Positions 54,911 through 64,000 of a DNA stretch of 64,000 nucleotides are shown here, piece by piece. How positions within the stretch are numbered: the stretch's first letter is position 1; each line of letters opens with the position of its first letter. The notes under the pieces are model-generated. The model did no database searches. It was not told where the DNA came from and saw nothing but the letters and a program-made list of their open reading frames with translations. The translations under genes and the position numbers were made by a program. Source of the DNA: Octopus vulgaris (Eukaryota); assembly GCA_951406725.2 (NCBI GenBank), contig OX597814.1, forward strand, positions 55,614,001-55,678,000, given 5' to 3'.

Positions 54911-55125
54911 AAGGTGACAAGATGGCAAAATCACTACCGCACTGAACAAAATGCTTGGTGGCATTTCTTCCATCTCTTTATGTTCTGAGTTCAAATACCA
55001 CTGAGGTTGATTTTGCCTTTCATCTTCTGGGGGTTGTTAAAATAAATACCAGTCAAGTACTTGGGTTGATGTAATCAACTTGCCTTCTCCCCTCAAACTT
55101 TCTAACCTTGTGCAAAAATTAGAAA
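54911..55125 (+). mobile_element. SINE family B
   Basis: Aligns by eye with 27849-28062. Confidence 0.8.
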
Positions 55126-55289
55126 GGCTTATTAGCTCTATTGGTTTACACACAATGCTGTTGTTTATTTTTTCATTTATAGTTTCAATATTAACATCAA
55201 ATAGTATTTAGTAATGGCACTTTACACTCATATCTTGTTGAGGTCAACTTAATTTTCATTTTTCTAGGGTTGATAAAATAAAATAGTGG

Positions 55290-55650
55290 GTACAGGTGTA
55301 GCTGTATGTTAAGAGGTTTGCTTATAAACCGTATAGTTCCAGGTTCAGTTCCACTACATGGCAACTTGGGCAAAGGTCTTCTACTATGGCCATGGGTTGA
55401 ACAAAGTTTTGTGAGTGAATTTGATTGATGGATACTGAAAAACGATTGTTCTGTGTGTGTGGGTGTGTGTGTGTTTGTCTCCTCACCACTGCTTGACAAC
55501 TGGAGTTGATTTACTTACATACCTGATAAAATAAGTAGCAAACTTAAAAAAGAAAATACTAGGGTCAATTTACTTAACTAAACCCTTCAAGGTAGTACCC
55601 TAGGATGCATACAAGCCAGATTACTTAAAACAAGTGTAAGGCAAAAGATA
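55290..55650 (+). mobile_element. SINE family A, diverged
   Basis: Head, body and tail motifs. Confidence 0.7.
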
Positions 55651-56215
55651 AGAACCGGAATTAGTTTGTCTTCAATTACCTCCAAAATCGATGGCCTTAT
55701 GCCATTATTAAAAATCAATATTTTCAAAGTCAAGTTTTGTAGAAATTAACATGATTATTTTACCCCTGTGTTTGATAAATTTTGACATTATTACCTGGAG
55801 AGTTGATATCATTAAGTGCTTTGGATTGGATTCAGATTCATTTATTCTTTCTATGACATGATTTGATTTAATCATGCATTTAAATAGACAATCTTAATGT
55901 TTAAAAAAGAAAATATTGACCATTTCAAAGAGGAGACATTACTGCATAACCCCATTGTATATGTAGAAAGTGTCAGGTCTTATAAAATATTCTACATTAT
56001 TAGAACAAATCTGAGATAGAAAAGAGATAAGTCAAATGATGAAATCCAAACCACTCATTTTAATATTTCATTTTTAACTGCTATATTTGTCTCAGAAGAT
56101 AATTAGTCAGTCGTGCAGCATAGTAGAAGAGCTTAAACTCAATACACACAAAACACTGTGTGTGTGTGTGTGTGCATGTGCACAAGTGTGTTTGTTTGTG
56201 TGTGTGTGTGTAGCT

Positions 56216-56548
56216 TTTATCCTTTACTTGTTACAGTCATTGGATTATAGCCGTGCTAGAGCACCTCCTTGAAGGTTTATTTGAATGAAGCAACCCCAGT
56301 ACTTACTTTTTTTAAAGCCTGGTAGTTATTTTATTGATTTCTCTAACTGAACTGTTAAGTTACTGGGATGTAAACTAACCAACACCAGTTGTCAACACAC
56401 ATCTACACATATATATGAAAGGCAACTTTTAGTTTCTGCACCAAATTCACTTACAAAGTTGTGGTCAGTCTAGGGCTACTGCCATGCAGTGGAACTGAAC
56501 CTGGAGCCATGTGGTTAAGAAGAAAACTTCTTACCACACAGCTACACC
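56216..56548 (-). mobile_element. SINE family A, diverged
   Basis: Reverse-complement head and tail motifs. Confidence 0.75.
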
Positions 56549-57049
56549 TAAATCTAAATATATGTATGACTGTGTATTCTGTGTGTGTGTTATTACACAC
56601 ACAAGCACATACACACACACACACATGCACACATACACACACACACACAAGATTAAGAGTTTCACACAAGTATATTAAAACACAAAAAGAAAATGCTTTG
56701 AGAACTTTATCATGCAGAAAACTCACAAAATATTTACATTTTTATGTAAATATTTTCTTCCTCCTATTCATGATAAAATTCTTGAGGAATTTTTGAGTTA
56801 TATTTATACATGGTTAATACTGCTTCTGTTACTAATAGCAAGTGATTTTTCAGTTACTGTTTTACTATACCAGTAGTAGTTGATTTTGTTTTAGCATACA
56901 GGTGTCAGTGAATACTTGTTACTGATGAAGTTCAAAGAGTAAAAATACATATTAGCAATGTCACCACTGCTACAGGGAAACTTTTGGTTGCTACTGATAT
57001 ATTTCTGTTTTTAACACTCTCTCTCCCACTTATATATATATATATATAT

Positions 57050-57283
57050 CAGAAATATTGTTATATTTCGGAATGGTCATTTTGCCAGTTTAGCCAATAA
57101 AAACACACGCACTATATATTTGGTGTTACTTTGCTTCAGTGTTATTTATTTTTTACATTAATCTTAATCTTATTTGGGCCAGAGTCCTTTCGTCACACTC
57201 CTGTGACCGCATCAGTGGTCCTTTGTTTTTTGTTTTATTGGCTAAACTGGCAAAATGACCATTCCAAAATATAACAATATCTG
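57050..57283 (-). mobile_element. Miniature PLE-type foldback element with internal hammerhead
   Basis: About 54-bp near-perfect inverted arms (57050-57105 / 57231-57283) around a hammerhead, with (TA)n next to the 3' end and a TCTGTTTT(T)AACAC direct repeat at 57004-57017 / 57280-57292. Confidence 0.75.
57177..57220 (-). ncRNA. Minimal hammerhead ribozyme with A9C change
   Basis: Minus strand GACCA-CTGATGC-G-GTCACA(GGAG)TGTGAC-GAAA-GGAC-TC-TGGCC: perfect 6-bp helix II with tetraloop, helix I CCA/TGG. Confidence 0.65.
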
Positions 57284-58785
57284 TTTTAACACAAGACTTC
57301 ACATAAAAAATCTTGCACAACAAATATATAAACGTATATAAGAAATAATTTCTCAAAACGAATATCAGTCTATAAGGCTTTAATGATGTATCTGCTTTAA
57401 GTGTGTAACACAGGTTGCTATTTTGAACTGATATTGTTTCTGTCACTGATAAAGCATGCGCACACACACACACACACACACACATAAACTCACTAATGTT
57501 CAACATAGATTTGACAATAGAGAATATTCTTATGAATCAGATACAATTTAATCTGTCCTGCTAATGTAAGTAACTGACTAATTATATTGTAAAGATAAAA
57601 AAAAGAAATTCTGTAGTGCTGTTAGGTACATAGTCACTCAACAAGCTACCGCAATCATGGTTCAGACAACATTAGTGGGTCTGTTTTCCTTTACATATTT
57701 AAATCTTAATTTAGTCTGCTTTACACCAAATTCTCTCCAATACAACATTTTACCTTCTTTTCTAAAACTTTCAATGAATTGATTTTATTTGTATTATCCC
57801 CCTTCTTGTTTTTGAATTTTAAACACTCTTAAAAGAAGGTTTTGTTTACTAGTTATATGGATAATGTCAATAAACTGCAAATTTTCTGTTCACTAAATTA
57901 CATGTGTAAGACCTTACTGTATTTGCATTTAGTACGCAGAATGCTCCCTTCAGGTATTTGTCTTCAGTCATATTGTAATTCTTAGGATGTCTAATAATAT
58001 TTTACATTAACAAATTTTAGCATTTAATTCATTATAATTTGATTTAAAGCTCATTTCTTATTGCAAATATGAAATCAAGGTAGTGCACCTACCTCTGTAT
58101 GTGGGTCATTTGTGTACATGATATATAATAACTTATACAGGGAGTTCAACCACCTTGGGTTCCCTTCAAGGAGTACCCTCTGTTACAGGCAATTAGCTCA
58201 GGTTATCCATTTGAGGATACCTTCTACCCACCCACTAATCTCTTGGAGGGCTATGGACGCTATCTTTTCCTAGACAACCCTGCTCCCCAAACTTTCCTAA
58301 AAATACAGCCTGACTAATTTCCTTGTAGAGACAGAAATAACACAAATGAAAATAAAATAGCAGAAAAAACAGTAATTTTACTTGATTCAAAATAGAAAGT
58401 TTAATAGGTACTCTGTAGTGAAATATTTTATAATGAAAACCATAGCAGTTAATTCATTCATAATTATTTCATAGAACTTTACATCAAATGTCATGATATT
58501 GATAACTTTCAAATATCTTTTATTCTTACAAGAAATGAACATTTAATTTAAAGATTGCTTCCTTCAGGCTATATTTTGAATTAGAAACCAATGCTTTGAA
58601 GTTAATTTTATTGTTCATTTCTGATAGATCTTTGAAGTTTAAGAGACAAAAGTCAGTAGCTATTTTAACCAATATATAGTTTATTTATTTATATTTAGCT
58701 TAGTTTATTTTATAACATTTTAGAAATAAAGAAGACATTAAAGGAAATAGAAATTGGGAAAGGATTCTGACTATAAAATTAATAA

Positions 58786-58948
58786 GGTGCAGGAGTGGCT
58801 GTCTGGTAAGTAGCTTGCTTACAAACCACATGGTCCTAGGTTCAGTCCCACTGCATGGCACCTTGGGCAAGTGTCTTCTACTATTGCCTCGGGCTGACCA
58901 AAGCCTTGTGAGTGGATTTGGTAGACAGAAACTGGAAGAAGCCTGTAG

Positions 58949-59015
<67 letters not shown>

Positions 59016-59243
59016 GTATGTGTGTGTATATATTTGTGTGTCTGTGTTTGTCTCCAAAACATTGCTTGGCAACCGATGCTGATGTGTTTACATCCCTGTA
59101 GCTTAGCGGTTCGGCAAAAGAGACCGACAGAATAAGTACTAGGCTTACAAAGAATAAGCTCTGGGGTCGATTTGCCCTGACTAAAGGCGGTGCTCCAGCA
59201 TGGCTGCAGTCAAATAACTGAAACAAGTAAAGAATAAAAGAAT
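58786..59243 (+). mobile_element. tRNA-derived SINE family A, full length, with internal (TA)n(TG)n
   Basis: Pol III A box TGGCTGTCTGG, B box GGTTCAGTCCC, tail ggcggtgctccagcatggctgcagtcaaataactgaaacaagtaaaga. Multiple copies in the window. Confidence 0.9.
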
Positions 59244-61138
59244 AATATTTACTGTCCAAAGACAAATTAGTTCATAATGTATCAGAGATTTTTAAGCCTT
59301 AAGAATATCCATATTTGATTTCTTTAATCCTTTTGCTATCAAACAACCTGAAAATTTGTTTTAAGGTTTCATATTTAAATTCCATGCTAGAAACTTTAAT
59401 AAAACTCTCTTTTGAATAACTGCTTAATAATGAAATAGTAACTTCACTAATTCCAACTGAAGTCATTATTTTTAAAATTAATTAAAACAGAAGTTGCATA
59501 TTTTGTAGGAAATGTGGTCACAAAAATGCAAAAGAAATTGAAAAACATCAGCACATACTGTTATAAAAGAAAGTGAAAAAAAATCCACATTCTACATTAT
59601 AATTCTATTGAAAATGTACTTCATTTAACATGTGCCTAATTACTTTTTCAGTTGCTTAAAAATGTCCTTCTGTGCTTCATAAATATTGCATGTTATATGT
59701 AGCTTAACTAAAATCATTTATCACATTTAGTTGTTGAATTTTATTAAATAAAAATAAACTGGATACAATACATCTTGCTTACTAAATGATTCCTTACTAA
59801 ACCAGGCACTCCCAGACTGAAGCACAGTATATTCAGAGGTAAAAATGTAGTGTCCTATATCACTTTGCTTAAGACAAATAAATAGAGAAAATGGGAGTTT
59901 TTATTTTTTCAATAAACTGCAGTTTCCAAAACATATACAAGTCTCTTAACCTCATCTCTTGTGTATTATATTTCTAACAACATTTCAATCAGTTCGACCC
60001 TGATTCCTTTGAAGAATCTTAACCATGCATACATATATTTCCTTTAACTGACATTACAAATCTGAACTCTTATTTTTAAACATTAAAAATTTTGTATTAG
60101 AAATATAAGTATTGAATCCAAATTTAGCCAAGTGAATATACATTTGGAAATAGGGTATCAGCAGACAAGCACAAATTGTACTGATCAAATCACAGTGTAT
60201 ATAAATATAAACAAACTTTTGTTTTTTATAAGCATTGAAGTGTGTATTGTAAGATACAAATAAGATGATAATTTATTTTTGAACACAGAAGCACCATTAG
60301 AACAACAGAAATATTGAGTAAATTACCCTTACAAAGTGGAAATGTATCTTACAGTGTAATGCGATTAAAAAACTGGAAAATTTAAATCATCAAAATCAAC
60401 TCACATGAGAAACATGCAATATATTGAGCAACTTTATATTTCATCCCAATATTGTCATTAACTATAATGATGAAATTTAATAAATAAAATAAAAGAGAAG
60501 TATTTCTTAATGTTTAAGATTTATAATATCTATTAGAAATAAAAATTAACAATGAAAATTTGATAAGACAACTTTTGGGATGTGCAGTAGTGGGCATCCT
60601 GATAAAACTAAATAACTAGAGCTGTTAACTAATTGCCAAAATCCAATTAAAAAATTCAGCTTTGAGAAATTTAATAAGTTAAAATATATGAAGCTGCCAA
60701 CTTTGTTATTTCTTTCCATATAAATATTTACTTCTATTGAACCAAAAGTTATCCACAAAATAGATTTAAACTCTTATTCACAGAGAAAATTGTCTAGTAA
60801 ATATCCTGCAATTCACATGCAAATATTTGCTTAGAAACCAATTTGACAACAGAATTCTCCAGTTAATGATTTACTTCTGAATTTTCAAATTTATACTGTA
60901 ATAATCATTTTCCATTATGTACATATGCTGAATAATTACCACAAAATCAGATATGTGGCAAGAAAACAAATCATGTAAGAGGCTTTTTTCAGTTCTGTTT
61001 GATATCATATTACCTTTGGAATCTCTCTGTATTGGTCACAAGTCTACACCTACTTTACAAAAAAAAGAAAAATCACACCACAAATTGTTAAAAATTAAAG
61101 ATATAAAACTGTATATTTATGTAGCGTGATTTATGTAG

Positions 61139-61207
<69 letters not shown>

Positions 61208-62799
61208 TATGTACACACACACACACACACACACACACATTCATATATACATTAATATTCTCTTCAAAATTTTCTTTCAAGGTCTTGGACAAATAAATGA
61301 TAAATAAAAACCTAAGAGATACAAAAAGCTATAATCCTATTTTTACTACTATATTATAAGCTAAGCATCATTAGTTTGTAAAATTATTCAAATATAAAAA
61401 AAATAAACATTAAAGGAAATGTTCTCTCAAATATTTGACATTAACACAATTTGAATTAATATTTCAGGCAATGAAATCCTTTATTCAATAAAAAATAGTT
61501 AGGGTTATAGAAAATTGTTTATGTAACAGCAAACAGATTAAATGCAAAAGGAAATTACATCTGTCATACAAGCAATACATAGCTGGTTAGGCTTTCATCT
61601 GTTTCAAGTAGTAGAGAAAAAACAAAGGATACCTTGCTGTTACATGCTTTGATGTCAATAAATGTTAGGCTTAATCTTTTTAGTTATTTTCTCTTGTTAT
61701 ACAATTAGATTTGTCACTTCATTGATTATGTGACTAACATATTTTTAACAGTTTAAATATCAGCCAAATAACTTGTATGTTTAACAGTGTTTTATCATAT
61801 CTCAACTTATTTCTTAAAAAAAAAGAAGGAAAAAAAAATAGAAAAAGAAATTTTTACCATTATCTTTAGAGTATTTCAAACAAGTACTCATTTCAACAGA
61901 TTAAAAATATAGGATTTGGAAAAAGTTCACTGCAGCAAATGTAAGGAAATAGTGGAAAATGCTTATTATATTCTGGTTTTAGAAACACAGCAATTGGGGC
62001 ACAAAACCTGAATAATAACCATACCGGTCATTTTCCATAAATTCAAAATTTCCAGATCCAATGCTGTAGACAAGAGAGAGAAATTATTTAGAAAATTAAC
62101 GAATGTGTTCTAAATATTAAGAGGTCAATGAACTCTGGTTAATTTTAAAATATTTAATTACAGTGTATCAAATTAGCTAAGTTTGTGAGATATGGCTTCT
62201 ACTGAAAAGGTATTTCATGTTTGACATAATATATTTATGAAAAGAAAACTAGCTTCTAAAGTTACAAAGTTTTGAAATGTGTAAATATGTTGGAAATTGA
62301 TAAAATTTGGACAAACACAGACTAAATATTAAACTAATTCAGTATATAAAGTTATATTTATTATATCTATAATCTTGTTACAAAAGAAATCCTCTCTATA
62401 TATTTTAGGTTCTAGGTAAAATGGCATAGATATTTGAAGAACTTCAGTTTTTTAACATTGTTCAGTTCTGCTAAAGTTAATTTTCTTGATAGACTGCACA
62501 GTGAGCCTTTACTAAAGTGTATAAATGGAGGCATTGTCAACCAAATTAATGGCAGGGGCTAATATTGTATATGTATAAAATACTGGATGAGTATGTACTG
62601 CCCAGTGAACAAGATAAAAATTTACAGAATAAAACAAAATACTCCAGATGTCATGTAACCATAAAAACATATAAATATATCTTTTATCTTTTACTTGTTT
62701 TAGTCATTAGACTATGGCCATGCTGCAGCACCACCTTGAAGAATTTTCAGTCAAATGAATTTCCTTAAAGCTCTAAAGTATTGATAATATTACTGAAGA

Positions 62800-63900
62800 T
62801 CAGTTTCTGATGACAAATACAAAACAATGCTATTAAAGATTCTCATATAAAAAAGCATTTGAGTTTCTTTGGCAATGGTTTATCATCTTCATTGTCCTCA
62901 CTGTCTCAGCTGTCTCCAATGAGAACTTAATCTGCAATTTCTTCTTCTGTTAACTTCTATATTTTCTAGCCAGTTACTAATGTTGCCTTCTCCAACACCT
63001 CTTTCATTTGCTGCCCTCTTAAGTAATGAGAATTTCTTACTTAGAATCTTTCAGAATAGTAATTTACATCCACATTGTACAGAAGTTTTCCTCAACCCTC
63101 TATGAAGCTGCGAAACTGAATATTGCAGACTTGAGATTACAGTTCTTAGGGTAACAGTGAGTGTTTCATTCTCATGTGTCTTCTTTAAACTTATCCTCTT
63201 CTATCAACAACTTCATTCAAAAATCTTTGTTGATGTAATCTGTGACAAGCTACAATTATGCTTTAACAGAGAGGCTGGAATTGTGAAGGTAATTCTAGAT
63301 GGCAAGAATATGCCACCTAGGATTGCCTTTCCCATCATTATTGATCATCCAAGTGAGCAGGTATGGCATCCAATACTTGACACACCTTCATCCCTATCAG
63401 AACGAAGTTTGAGGACAACTTCCTAGTATTTATCCATTGTAGAAATGAAAGGTAAGAAGGACCAGACATTAGATATAACTGTTGAACCACAACTTGAAAA
63501 GATAACAATGCACTGCTAATTCATATATTACATCTTTCACATCTTGTGAGCAAAATGATCTCTCACCTTCACTAACTTTAAAAGATGCATATCATCTGCA
63601 TTTGTGCAACACAACACTAAAAAAACATTCCTCACTTCATTTAGAACCAGATAGTGGTGACTTCATTCTGAAAAGCTTGAATATTCCAGAGAACTTATTG
63701 TCAATACAACTCAGTTTTAATCACATTATACACTTCAGAAATTAGGATCCATTAAATTAGTTAAAATTCTTTCTGAATTATTTAATTTCCTCAGTTAGTA
63801 TGCTGTTTGTTTCATCAGGTGTAAGTTTACTACCTATTCTATGGTAATTTCCAAATCACCATGACCATCCATCACTATCTTGAAATTCTTGATGCCCTGT
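62800..63900 (-). mobile_element. Decayed pogo/Tigger transposase remnant
   Basis: Minus-strand fragments VLDAIPAH and SQFQPLC*SIIVACHRLHQQRFLNEV resemble DDE_1 motifs LLLDNAPAH and QPLDQGII. Many stops. Confidence 0.6.
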
Positions 63901-64000
63901 TTAAGTAATGCTCAAAAATAAACATACAAACGATAGGTTACTTTGAGCTGACTTAGTTTTTGTTTCTGTACATACATTTTATTATGATAAAGTAAACTTT

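Noticed and set aside
58090-58125. Possible alternative first exon (MTHIQR|GTAGGT)
   Set aside because: Phase-compatible, but no homology or promoter evidence.
24-63426. Numerous YI/HT/CV/LS-repeat ORFs in the ORF track
   Set aside because: They are translations of dinucleotide microsatellites and SINE bodies, not genes.
1-64000. CRISPR arrays, tRNA/rRNA genes, prokaryotic operons
   Set aside because: None seen. tRNA-like A/B boxes belong to SINE heads, and the repeats lack repeat-spacer periodicity.

Overview
AT-rich, microsatellite-saturated eukaryotic DNA. The SINE families and repeat landscape look like an octopus (coleoid cephalopod) genome; this is inferred, not searched. The ORF track is almost all microsatellite noise. 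The real host gene is a Slo2/KCNT-family Na+-activated K+ channel on the minus strand, seen as two in-phase exons (53254-53333 and 38376-38469) plus a probable third (31902-31976), so most of the window is probably intron. It holds tRNA-derived and RTE-tailed SINEs, RTE, R4-like and CR1/Jockey-like LINE remnants, Tc1/mariner, pogo and piggyBac remnants, two Helitron-type elements and many Penelope-like element (PLE) derivatives. The most striking pattern is PLE-derived. One ~800-codon RT+GIY-YIG frame lacks its catalytic xxDD motif yet ends in an intact-looking U3-A8 variant hammerhead ribozyme. A series of foldback insertions (0.1-1.4 kb) are built as an inverted 3' end plus a direct copy. 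They carry minimal type I hammerheads, some with a greatly extended helix II, and two have target-site duplications that enclose a microsatellite tail.
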